From Nostoc sp. FACHB-110 (GTDB lineage Bacteria; Cyanobacteriota; Cyanobacteriia; Cyanobacteriales; Nostocaceae), in NCBI RefSeq assembly GCF_014697425.1, contig NZ_JACJRU010000042.1, forward strand, positions 36,693-68,692: a stretch of DNA of 32,000 bases, written 5' to 3'. The position numbers and the translations under genes were made by a program. The notes under the pieces are model-generated. The model was not told the DNA's origin and ran no database searches. It saw only the letters and a program-made list of their open reading frames with translations. Below are positions 1 to 8,191 of this stretch, in pieces (position 1 is the first letter of the stretch; every line of letters begins with the position of its first letter).

Positions 1-1
1 A

Positions 2-310
2 ACACTGTATTTAACGCGTTCAGAAGGGCTACCAGTGAATTTACCAAAAGCGGCGATGGCAAAACAGCAAGCATCCAGCGCGCCAATTACCGTCACCATC
101 GACCAAACAGGCACAGTTAGCTTAAACCGCAAATCTGTAGACCTCAATTCTTTAGCTGAAGAAGTACGTATATTAAAAGGACAGAAGGCTGAAGCGTTAG
201 TCATTATTAATGCTGATGAGCGAGTCCATCATGGTCAAGTTGTAGCAGTAATGGATCGCTTGCGTCAGGTGCAAGGTGCTAAATTAGCGATCGCTACTCA
301 AAAACCGTAA
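2..310 (+). CDS. exbD: ExbD/TolR-family biopolymer transport protein (5' end outside window)
   Basis: The frame is open from the window edge. The translation ...GLPVNLPKA...PITVTIDQTGTVSLN...ALVIINADERVHHGQVVAVMDRL is typical of the ExbD periplasmic domain. Confidence 0.8.
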   Translation, partial: TLYLTRSEGLPVNLPKAAMAKQQASSAPITVTIDQTGTVSLNRKSVDLNSLAEEVRILKGQKAEALVIINADERVHHGQVVAVMDRLRQVQGAKLAIATQKP

Positions 311-421
311 CTGGGTAATTGAACAACAAAAGAATTGAGGAATGAAGAATTCTTTAGGGCTGCAATTAAGTCTTTTTGAGCTTTGGTAGTATTCTAAAAT
401 GACTGTTCGAGGGAATAATCC

Positions 422-628
422 ATGACTATTTGGGTAAATGAGCAAATTGATCCATCTGGGATGATTTATGCCTGCATTGCCTGTTGTAACGAGTCTCAGG
501 CCAAAGATTGTCATGAATCCTTTGATAAAAATTTGACTGAGAAACAAAAATCAGACGGTTGGACAGCAACATTGCGGACTGTGAAATCTTGGGATGAAGT
601 ACCAGTTAATGCCTTAAAACTTGATTAA
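422..628 (+). CDS. hypothetical small Cys-rich protein (68 aa)
   Basis: ATG-initiated ORF in an otherwise empty interval, with a Cys cluster YACIACCNESQAKDCH. No family recognised. Confidence 0.4.
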   Translation: MTIWVNEQIDPSGMIYACIACCNESQAKDCHESFDKNLTEKQKSDGWTATLRTVKSWDEVPVNALKLD

Positions 629-659
629 TCTAGTGAGCGATCGCACTATATTCCAATAC

Positions 660-750
660 AGAAAAGTAGGTTGGGTGTAGCGATAGCGTAACCCAACAAA
701 GTACTAGAAAAGTAGGTTGGGTGTAGCGATAGCGTAACCCAACAAAGTAT
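660..750. repeat. 2 x 46-bp tandem repeat, each unit containing a GTTGGGT...ACCCAAC hairpin
   Basis: agaaaagtaggttgggtgtagcgatagcgtaacccaacaaagta occurs at 660 and again at 706. Confidence 0.9.
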
Positions 751-835
751 GCTCGGATGTTGGGTTTCGTTCCTCAAACGCCAGTTGCTTCATGTCGGGG
801 AACCCGCCCAACGCACTGGCTCCCCAACCTACGCC
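751..835. repeat. Nostoc-type short dispersed repeat (tgttgggtttcgttcctcaa...ccaacctacg) apparently interrupted by a second GC-rich repeat
   Basis: The halves tgttgggtttcgttcctcaa and ccaacctac are separated by acgccagttgcttcatgtcggggaacccgcccaacgcactggctcc. I recognise both as recurrent Nostocales intergenic repeat motifs; this is recollection and was not searched. Confidence 0.5.
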
Positions 836-920
836 AGAATTGGTTTTTAGTCTTAACCCAAGCGTATTGTCTTCTAAATAACTATTCTAAGTTCTAAAAA
901 CTAGAAACTTGTATTTTGAC

Positions 921-934
921 TCAGCACTCAGCAC
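921..934. repeat. STRR heptamer, 2 copies (tcagcac = reverse complement of gtgctga)
   Basis: tcagcactcagcac lies just 3' of the minus-strand methyltransferase gene. Confidence 0.6.
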
Positions 935-941
935 TTTGCTC

Positions 942-1607
942 TTAACCTCGCTTCAGTGCTAAAGTTAGCCCATCACCTATAGGAATAAGTGAGAGGTTGA
1001 CGCGTTCATCATCGCGTAACTTTTGATTAATACCACGAATAGCCTGAGTGCTTTCATCTTGGATTTGCGGGTTTGCTACATCTCCAGACCATAAAACATT
1101 ATCAATTGCAATCAATCCACCCGGACGAATCAATTGCAGACATCTTTCGTAATAACCATCATAATTTTCTTTATCGGCATCGATAAAAGCAAAATCAAAG
1201 GTTCCGGCTTGTCCTGTTGCTAACAGATGGTCTAAAGTTTCTATGGCTGGTGCTATCCGCAGGTCAATTTTATCGGCAACGCCAGCTAAGTGCCAATATT
1301 TCCCGGCGATCGCGGTATATTCTTCACTGACATCGCAAGCCACCACCTTACCATCAGCAGGCAGTGTTAAAGCAACAGAGAGCGAACTATAACCAGTAAA
1401 CACACCAACTTCTAGAGTTTTCTTTGCACCCAAAAGCTGGATCAATAAACGCATGAATTGTCCCTGTTCTGGGGAAATCTGCATATTGCCTCTTGGATGG
1501 TTGGCAGTTTCATAGCGTAACTTTTGGAGCACCTCTGGTTCGCGTAACGAAACAGATAATAAATAGTTGTACAGTTGGCTATCAAGTCCAATAGTCTGTT
1601 TTGACAT
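942..1607 (-). CDS. class I SAM-dependent O-methyltransferase (caffeoyl-CoA O-methyltransferase-like family)
   Basis: 221 aa. Contains the SAM motif LEVGVFTGYSSL and FDFAFIDADKENY...GGLIAIDNVLW, typical of the cation-dependent OMT family. Confidence 0.9.
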   Translation of the reverse strand: MSKQTIGLDSQLYNYLLSVSLREPEVLQKLRYETANHPRGNMQISPEQGQFMRLLIQLLGAKKTLEVGVFTGYSSLSVALTLPADGKVVACDVSEEYTAIAGKYWHLAGVADKIDLRIAPAIETLDHLLATGQAGTFDFAFIDADKENYDGYYERCLQLIRPGGLIAIDNVLWSGDVANPQIQDESTQAIRGINQKLRDDERVNLSLIPIGDGLTLALKRG

Positions 1608-1669
1608 GGTAGATGACAGAATTTAAAGCATATACAGCTATACTATCGCTGGAGAGTGAAATATCAAAT

Positions 1670-2077
1670 ATGGTGCGGCTGGTTATCATAACGATTTTGC
1701 TAGTGCTGTTAACAGCTTGTGGTAGTATTGGGCTACTGCCAACTAAAGAGTTAGTGCAAAAAGCGATCGCAGTTGCCCTAGAACAAACTCAACAAGAACT
1801 AAGTCAAAAAGTTGATTTAGACTTTCAAGGCTGGGAAGTCAAAAAGCTAAAAATTATTGAAGAAAAGCCGTTAACAATTCAAAATTTACCAGCCTTCCGC
1901 GTTAAGGGCAAATACGATTTAACAATCAAATTACCGCAGCGACAGTTGACGCAACCGGAACAACCTTTTGAATTTTACTTGCAAATTCAGCAAGAAGGCA
2001 AAACTTGGCGACTACTATTACCAGATAAGAATAGCAAACAGGAGCAACCACTTTGGCGTAGTTATCTTATCCCGTAA
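1670..2077 (+). CDS. hypothetical lipoprotein
   Basis: The internal Met gives MVRLVIITILLVLLTAC with a lipobox L-T-A-C. The track start at 1613 would add 19 non-signal residues and sits 5 nt from the divergent gene. Confidence 0.6.
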   Translation: MVRLVIITILLVLLTACGSIGLLPTKELVQKAIAVALEQTQQELSQKVDLDFQGWEVKKLKIIEEKPLTIQNLPAFRVKGKYDLTIKLPQRQLTQPEQPFEFYLQIQQEGKTWRLLLPDKNSKQEQPLWRSYLIP

Positions 2078-2165
2078 TTAATATGTGTAAGTAATCAAAC
2101 CAGCACATCTATTCAGTGTAAATGCCCAGTCAAAGTAATGATGAATGTTATCTTTCTACTAGAGA

Positions 2166-2948
2166 ATGGGCAAAATGTATATTAACTTTTTTATCAGTTC
2201 TATTGTCGGAATTGTCACCATCGTATTCGTATCTTTTGGACTGCTGCAATGGTTACATATTCCGGCGGGTAGCTTTCTTGATTGGGTGATTGGTGGTGCA
2301 AGTTTTTGGTGGTTGTTGGTAATTGTCACCGTACCTTGGAACGTGCATTTTCAAGCTAAAGAAGTATTAGCCGAAGCCGCGCAATCTGCGGAAAAAGGCA
2401 TTACCGTAGATGGAAAACAAGTAAGATACGTGCAAATTTTAGCCAAGCGATCGCTTTGGGTGGCACTAGCTTTACACTTATTCTCAGCTATTGGACTTTA
2501 TACTCTGGCGGCAACTGGGATTAGCACTGTGGGTTATGTTAGTTCTGGTGCAGCTTTGCTATTAACAATTCTGCGTCCGGCTATTCGTGCTTATGAATAT
2601 TGGTACGCCAGACTAACTATGATTAGCCAAGAGTTGAAATATCCCCGCGAAGATATTTTTGAACTACGAAATCGCTTTTATGAATTAGAACAAAAAGTCC
2701 AATCTTTAGAACATCAACTTAATCCAGAAGAGGCTTATTCACTACCAGCAAGCCAACAACGTTTTGCTGAAGAAACCCGCAAAGAATTAGCCAGAATTCT
2801 CGCTAATTTAGAAGAACTCCGGGCGACAAATCAAACAGAACATGAGCGTTTAAGCCGAGAAGCCAGAAATGCGATCGCGCAACTTTCCACTGATGGACAA
2901 TTTCTCGATCATGTGCGTGAAATTATCCGATTTTTTAAGACCGCTTAA
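2166..2948 (+). CDS. conserved membrane protein with C-terminal coiled coil
   Basis: About 4 hydrophobic helices are followed by a heptad-like region, ELRNRFYELEQKVQSLEHQL...LANLEELRATNQ. A strong terminator follows. Confidence 0.7.
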   Translation: MGKMYINFFISSIVGIVTIVFVSFGLLQWLHIPAGSFLDWVIGGASFWWLLVIVTVPWNVHFQAKEVLAEAAQSAEKGITVDGKQVRYVQILAKRSLWVALALHLFSAIGLYTLAATGISTVGYVSSGAALLLTILRPAIRAYEYWYARLTMISQELKYPREDIFELRNRFYELEQKVQSLEHQLNPEEAYSLPASQQRFAEETRKELARILANLEELRATNQTEHERLSREARNAIAQLSTDGQFLDHVREIIRFFKTA

Positions 2949-2981
2949 ATTCAGCAGACCCTATATAAATATAAAACAGCA

Positions 2982-3012
2982 AACAGCATGATTTTAACAT
3001 GCTGTTTTTTTT
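2982..3012 (+). terminator. rho-independent terminator
   Basis: aacagcatg / attttaa / catgctgtt perfect 9-bp stem overlapping into an 8-T run. Confidence 0.8.
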
Positions 3013-3038
3013 ACAGAATCAAGGATGGCTGTTATTTC

Positions 3039-3146
3039 ATATCATATCCGGCAAATCAGTTATGATTCAACACATCTATCTGTGCAGAAACGACAAAACC
3101 ATCTCCCATACGCCCTTAATGATAAGTCTTTAATAGGACATGATAT
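3039..3146 (-). repeat. dispersed ~110-nt element with terminal inverted repeats, copy A (inverted relative to copy B)
   Basis: The reverse complement aligns with 10566-10678. It shares a 24-nt identical block agatgtgttgaatcataactgatt, aaagacttatc, and the termini atatcatgtcc / ggaYatgaYat. Confidence 0.8.
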
Positions 3147-3477
3147 CAGAGCGATCGCCACGCTGAAAATATTGATACAAAGGGTTAGTGTAGCGATCGC
3201 TCTTGCCTCTAACTAAAGAATGAGAAATATTTCATTTTAATTTCATTATTCTTTGAAATCATGAGAGCATCTACTTAATAATAGTTAATAAAAATAACGG
3301 CGTAAATCAAAAACTAGATAGTAAAGCCAAATTTATAAATTTATAAGAAATCATCCCTAAGATAGTGTCTAAAAATCATGTATTTAGAAACTATTTAATA
3401 ACTAGAATGACTAGATTTAAAAACTAGTAAAAATCTACCATTTTATTTATTTTGCTAAACAAGTAAGTAATTAAACC

Positions 3478-3966
3478 ATGCTTGCTCTGCCTCTCAACAG
3501 CCAAAATCTCCCGTATCCCGACCCTCTACATCCAATCATCGTTCATTTTGTCATTGCGATGGTATTATTTTCTTTTGTCTTTGATGTAGTCGGTTATTTT
3601 ACTCACAATTCTCGTTTATTTGAAGTCAGCTTTTGGAATCTTTTAGTGGCTTCAGCAGCTATTTTTCTCGCAGTGATTTTTGGTCAGTTTGAAGCAGGAC
3701 TGGCACAAATTTATACAGCAGTTCAATCAACATTGAACTTTCATACAATTATCGGTTGGTCATTAGCTGTGCTAGTTGTGGCTATTGCTGCTTGGCGATT
3801 TGTCATTCGTAACCGCAACCCCCGAAAAGTACCACCTGCTTACCTTGGCGTAGCCACATTTTTAGTTTGTCTGGTTTTGTTGCAAGTATATCTAGGCAGC
3901 AAATTATTTTGGGTATACGGACTGCACGTCGAGCCTTTAGTTCAAGCAATGAAGCAAGGAGTTTGA
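3478..3966 (+). CDS. DUF2231-like integral membrane protein
   Basis: HPIIVHFVIAMVLFSFVFD motif and 4 TM helices. First gene of the co-directional cox cluster. Confidence 0.8.
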   Translation: MLALPLNSQNLPYPDPLHPIIVHFVIAMVLFSFVFDVVGYFTHNSRLFEVSFWNLLVASAAIFLAVIFGQFEAGLAQIYTAVQSTLNFHTIIGWSLAVLVVAIAAWRFVIRNRNPRKVPPAYLGVATFLVCLVLLQVYLGSKLFWVYGLHVEPLVQAMKQGV

Positions 3967-3968
3967 TT

Positions 3969-4574
3969 GTGAACTCCCAATTAATTGACTCTTTAAAATT
4001 GCAATTAGGCGCAAATGGACTACCTTATGAAATTCCTATACATCCGCAGTTAGTACATCTCACACTAGGCTTATTTATCATCGCTATTTTGTTTGATATA
4101 GCAGGAGTATTTTTTCCTCTAGAAAAACCAATCTTCAAATTTTTGGGTCTAACGGCTATCCGTGCTGGCTTTTTTGATGTTGGTTGGTACAACTTATTAG
4201 GCACAGCTATTGTGACTTTTTTCACAGTTGCATTTGGTTTTTTTGAATTACTACTAGCAAATCCCTCAGTTAATGAAAAAAGTGATTGGGGTTTGAGTGC
4301 TGCTTGGACAATGCTGTTGCATGGTTTAGGCGGTATTTTTTTGTTAGCAGTTATTGTGGCTATGACTGTATGGCGAGGATTACAACGTTATCGCTGGCGT
4401 AAGAATAATGCTCAACAAGTGCAGTGGAGTTACTTATTAGCAGGTATAGCAATGTTAGGTATTTTGTATGTCCACGGAACTTTAGGAGCGCATCTAGGAG
4501 AACAGTTTGGGATTCATGTGACTGCGGCTCAGTTAATTAAAAACGGCACTAACCCAAATTTATTATTCAAATAA
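3969..4574 (+). CDS. DUF2231-like integral membrane protein (second paralogue)
   Basis: GTG start 8 nt after AAGGAG (3955-3960). Contains HPQLVHLTLGLFIIAILFD. The track start at 3867 would overlap the upstream gene by 100 nt. Confidence 0.75.
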   Translation: MNSQLIDSLKLQLGANGLPYEIPIHPQLVHLTLGLFIIAILFDIAGVFFPLEKPIFKFLGLTAIRAGFFDVGWYNLLGTAIVTFFTVAFGFFELLLANPSVNEKSDWGLSAAWTMLLHGLGGIFLLAVIVAMTVWRGLQRYRWRKNNAQQVQWSYLLAGIAMLGILYVHGTLGAHLGEQFGIHVTAAQLIKNGTNPNLLFK

Positions 4575-4597
4575 CTCAACGCAAATTTATCGAGTTT

Positions 4598-5515
4598 ATG
4601 TTTAGATTTTTAGAGTATTTATTAATAGCTGTTTATATTGCAGTATTGCTCGTTGTGAGTCACTGGGTGGGGCAGTTAGCCTATGCTTGGATGCCATTAG
4701 AAGCTACAACAGAAGCACAAAAAGTAGATAGTTTATTTAGCTTTTTAGTCTCCGTGGGAACTTTCATATTCCTGGGGTTGGTGGGCATGATGCTGTATTC
4801 GGTAATTTTTTTTCGCGCCGCCAAAGAAGATTACAGCGAAGGGCATCCTGCTAGAGGTGATGTCAGACTAGAAATTTTGTGGACAGCAACCCCAACCTTA
4901 TTAGTCCTATGGATTGCTTTGCAAAGCTTTAATATTTATCAGCAATTAAATATTTTAGGTTTGCAACAAATAGTCCATTTACATACGCCTTTAGAAGCAG
5001 CTGCCTATGCCACAGAGATTAGCGATTTACCTAAAACAGCAGATGAAACTATCGAGGTTTTCGTTAAACAATGGGATTGGACTTTCCATTATCCGAATAA
5101 TATCAATAGTAATGAATTACATCTGCCTGTAAATCGGCGTACTCGGTTAAATATGCACGCTAAAGATGTACTGCATAGTTTTTACGTGCCGGAATTCCGG
5201 TTGCAGCAGTATATAGTGCCTGGACGCAATATCGATTTAGTTTTAACACCCATGCGCACAGGCAAATATCATTTAAAAGATTCTTTATTTAGTGGCACTT
5301 ACTTTTCTTTAATGGATGCCAATGTATATGTCGAATCTCCAGAGGCATACAATCAATGGCTGACTCACACCGCTACGGAAAAATCAACCACAAGTCAAGC
5401 ATTTGTTGAACATAATCAACCACCAAAGACATTTTTTCAGACTAGCTGGTACACCGTCACACCAGCACCAACTTCAGTTATTACAGATGCAAAAAAAGTG
5501 AGTAAAGACACATGA
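4598..5515 (+). CDS. coxB: heme-copper oxidase subunit II, CuA-less (ARTO / CtaCII type)
   Basis: Two N-terminal TM helices plus a cupredoxin domain with DVLHSFYVPEF. The CuA loop position reads DSLFSGTYFSLM instead of CxExCGxxHxxM. Confidence 0.9.
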   Translation: MFRFLEYLLIAVYIAVLLVVSHWVGQLAYAWMPLEATTEAQKVDSLFSFLVSVGTFIFLGLVGMMLYSVIFFRAAKEDYSEGHPARGDVRLEILWTATPTLLVLWIALQSFNIYQQLNILGLQQIVHLHTPLEAAAYATEISDLPKTADETIEVFVKQWDWTFHYPNNINSNELHLPVNRRTRLNMHAKDVLHSFYVPEFRLQQYIVPGRNIDLVLTPMRTGKYHLKDSLFSGTYFSLMDANVYVESPEAYNQWLTHTATEKSTTSQAFVEHNQPPKTFFQTSWYTVTPAPTSVITDAKKVSKDT

Positions 5516-7185
5516 GTACAGAAAATATTACTAATGTCAGTGACTCTGAAACTGCTCACAATAAATCTCCCAATAACTGGCGGCAATATTTCAGCTTTAA
5601 CACCGACCATAAAGTTATCGGTGTTCAATACATGGTGACAACCTTTGTTTTCTTTTTGATTGGTGGGTTGTTAGCCATGCTAATTCGTGGCGAACTGATT
5701 ACTCCTGAATCTAATTTAGTTGACCGTCCGCTTTATAATGCTTTGTTTACTATCCACGGAACAATCATGATTTTCTTGTGGATTATCCCTTTTAATGCGG
5801 GTCTGGCTAACTACTTAGTACCACTGATGATTGGCGCGCGGGATATGGCGTTTCCCCTGCTCAATGCGATTTCGTTTTGGATGATTCCCCCTGCGGGAAT
5901 TTTGCTAATATCTAGCTTTTTGCTGCCTAATGGGCCTGCACAGTCTGGTTGGTGGTCTTATCCACCAGTCAGTCTGCAAATTCCGCCTGGTCAGATGATT
6001 AACGGTGAGTTGTTTTGGATAGTCAGTTTGTTACTCATCGGTATTTCTTCGATTATGGGTGCGGTCAACTTTGTCACTACTATCTTTTGGATGCGCGCCC
6101 CTGGGATGACATTTTTCCGAATGCCTGTTTTTGTGTGGTCAGTTTTTAGCGCCCAGTTATTACAGTTAATTAATTTACCTTCTTTAACAGGTGCATTGGT
6201 CTTGTTGTTATTTGATTTGAATTTTGGGACAAATTTCTTCAAACCATTAGAACATGGCGACCCAATAATTTATCAACACTTGTTTTGGTTTTACTCTCAC
6301 CCAGCAGTTTATATTATGGCGTTACCAGCCTTTGGGATTTTTGCCGAGGTTTTGCCTGCTTTTTCTCGTAACCCCTTATTTGGCTATCGCTCCCTAGCTA
6401 TTGCTACTTTGGGTATTGCTTTAGTTAGCATCTTTGTCTGGGTACATCATATGTTCACCAGTGCTACGCCTGGTTGGATGCGGATGACTTTTATGGCGAC
6501 ATCAATGTTGGTGGCTGTACCCACTGGGGTGAAGGCGTTTGGTTGGACTGCTACGATTTGGAAAAGTAAGCTGCATCTGGAAACACCAATGCTATTTGCA
6601 ATGGGAGGTGCGGCAATGTTTATTTTTGCTGGAATTACTGGAGTGATGCTGGCCGCAACTCCGTTTGATATTCACGTCCACAATACTTACTTTGTAGTGG
6701 GACATTTTCACTACGTTGTTTTCAATACAATTACGATGGCTATTTATGCAGCCATTTACTTTTGGTTTCCCAAAATAACAGGCAGGATGTACGCCGAAGG
6801 CTGGGGAAAATTGCATTTCTGGTTAACTTTTTTGGGTGCTAATCTGACATTTTTACCGATGCATCCACTCGGTTTACAAGGGATGGTGCGTCGCATTTCT
6901 TCCTATGACCCTCAGTTTCAAGGATGGAATGTGATTGCTAGTCTTGGGGGGTTTTTGTTGGGAGTATCTACATTGCCTTTTATCGCCAATGTTGTTGGTT
7001 CTTGGCTATACGGAACCAGAGCAGTTAATAATCCTTGGCACGCTACGGGATTAGAATGGACGACTACCTCGCCACCACCACAAGATAATTTTACAGAAAT
7101 TCCAGTTGTGAAAAGACCCCCATACGATTACGGCGATCCTAAATACTCGGTGATTGAACATTCTGATAGAGAAGACCCTGTATAA
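5512..7185 (+). CDS. coxA: heme-copper oxidase subunit I
   Basis: 557 aa, 12 TM helices. Contains WFYSHPAVYI, VWVHHMF and GHFHYVV motifs. ATGA overlap with coxB. Confidence 0.97.
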   Translation: MSTENITNVSDSETAHNKSPNNWRQYFSFNTDHKVIGVQYMVTTFVFFLIGGLLAMLIRGELITPESNLVDRPLYNALFTIHGTIMIFLWIIPFNAGLANYLVPLMIGARDMAFPLLNAISFWMIPPAGILLISSFLLPNGPAQSGWWSYPPVSLQIPPGQMINGELFWIVSLLLIGISSIMGAVNFVTTIFWMRAPGMTFFRMPVFVWSVFSAQLLQLINLPSLTGALVLLLFDLNFGTNFFKPLEHGDPIIYQHLFWFYSHPAVYIMALPAFGIFAEVLPAFSRNPLFGYRSLAIATLGIALVSIFVWVHHMFTSATPGWMRMTFMATSMLVAVPTGVKAFGWTATIWKSKLHLETPMLFAMGGAAMFIFAGITGVMLAATPFDIHVHNTYFVVGHFHYVVFNTITMAIYAAIYFWFPKITGRMYAEGWGKLHFWLTFLGANLTFLPMHPLGLQGMVRRISSYDPQFQGWNVIASLGGFLLGVSTLPFIANVVGSWLYGTRAVNNPWHATGLEWTTTSPPPQDNFTEIPVVKRPPYDYGDPKYSVIEHSDREDPV

Positions 7186-7222
7186 GTAGGTTGTGCCTGA
7201 GAAAAAATGACTCACGAAAATT

Positions 7223-7891
7223 ATGAACCGTAGTACTATCCATATAGATGAAAGTCCAATTCGGTTTGAGAAGTGGCGAAGAAATTTACCAAATTGGTTG
7301 CAGCGTTTTTTGCCAAGTGGTGGTGGTAATACTGAAGACCATCATGGTAAAGGAATGTTTGGTTTCACCGTATTTCTGTTGTCAGAAAGCTTAATTTTTT
7401 TGAGTTTTATTTTGACATATATTGCTTTGCGATTAACTAACTCCAAAGATTGGCTACCTGCTGGTATAACTGGCCCAGAATTATCTACATTTGTGATAAT
7501 TAATACGGTGGTTTTGCTTTCCAGTAGCTTTGTAATTCAACCAGCCGAAGATGCACTTAAACGTGGAAATCTCAATAAATTTCGTTGGCTTTGGTTAATG
7601 GCGATCGCAATGGGAAGTTACTTTTTAATTGCTCAAGTCATCGAATGGCATAATCTCAATTTTGGCTTAAGTACGGGATTAGTTGGTTCAACATTCTACT
7701 TATTAACGGGGTTTCATGGTCTTCATGTTCTAGCTGGGGTGACGCTTCAGCTAATTATGCTGGGGCGCTCTTTTATTCCCGATAATTACAATCACGGACA
7801 TTTTGGGGCAAGTGCAACTACTTTGTTTTGGCATTTTGTTGATGTTGTTTGGATATTTTTGTTCTCATTACTTTACTTATGGCGAGCTTAA
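7223..7891 (+). CDS. coxC: heme-copper oxidase subunit III
   Basis: FYLLTGFHGLHVLAGV and LFWHFVDVVWIFLF are typical of subunit III. Confidence 0.9.
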   Translation: MNRSTIHIDESPIRFEKWRRNLPNWLQRFLPSGGGNTEDHHGKGMFGFTVFLLSESLIFLSFILTYIALRLTNSKDWLPAGITGPELSTFVIINTVVLLSSSFVIQPAEDALKRGNLNKFRWLWLMAIAMGSYFLIAQVIEWHNLNFGLSTGLVGSTFYLLTGFHGLHVLAGVTLQLIMLGRSFIPDNYNHGHFGASATTLFWHFVDVVWIFLFSLLYLWRA

Positions 7892-7917
7892 AAGTTTTAA
7901 TGTTTAAGGGTAAATTT

Positions 7918-8157
7918 ATGAAATTATTAGCTCAAGAATTACCATCACCAAGAGCAATTCAAGAAACTCCAGCATCAGGGGGAAACCAAGACCCATTGAT
8001 TGCACGTAACTTACAAAAAGGGCAATATGTCGGGATTATTGGCTTGGCGATCACTTTAGTTGCGGCTGTTGGATTTTTTAGCCGAAGATTTGAATATGCA
8101 CTGATGTTTGCTATTGCTTTGAGTGCAGTTTTAATTGCTTTCTTTTTCTTTATATAG
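7918..8157 (+). CDS. small two-TM membrane protein co-transcribed with the cox genes
   Basis: This ATG lies after the coxC stop, with a hydrophobic C-terminal half IIGLAITLVAAVGFF...LSAVLIAFFFFI. The start choice (7900 or 7918) is uncertain. Confidence 0.5.
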   Translation: MKLLAQELPSPRAIQETPASGGNQDPLIARNLQKGQYVGIIGLAITLVAAVGFFSRRFEYALMFAIALSAVLIAFFFFI

Positions 8158-8191
8158 ACATTTATCATCAATTAACATTTTTAGAGTTTTT

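Noticed and set aside
1613-1669. Upstream extensions of track ORFs, such as the 1613 start for the lipoprotein
   Set aside because: The same reasoning applies to the extended starts at 1613, 3867, 7849, 8135, 18399, 19853 and 28548. They overlap neighbouring genes or precede obvious signal peptides or Rossmann N-termini. Internal starts with better context were preferred.
3025-3216. 63-aa plus-strand ORF from the track
   Set aside because: It lies across dispersed repeat copy A directly after a terminator. It has no RBS and a low-complexity, non-protein-like sequence, so it is most likely a chance ORF.
3217-3477. NtcA site (GTA-N8-TAC) in the leader of the ARTO cluster
   Set aside because: I checked every GTA in the leader and none is followed by TAC at the 8-nt spacing. 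Heterocyst or NtcA regulation therefore cannot be claimed from the sequence.
5437-6816. Antisense ORFs inside coxA (5437-5628, 5991-6242, 6592-6816)
   Set aside because: They are fully embedded antisense to a very well supported oxidase subunit I gene, and their sequences are Lys/Asn-rich mirror artefacts.
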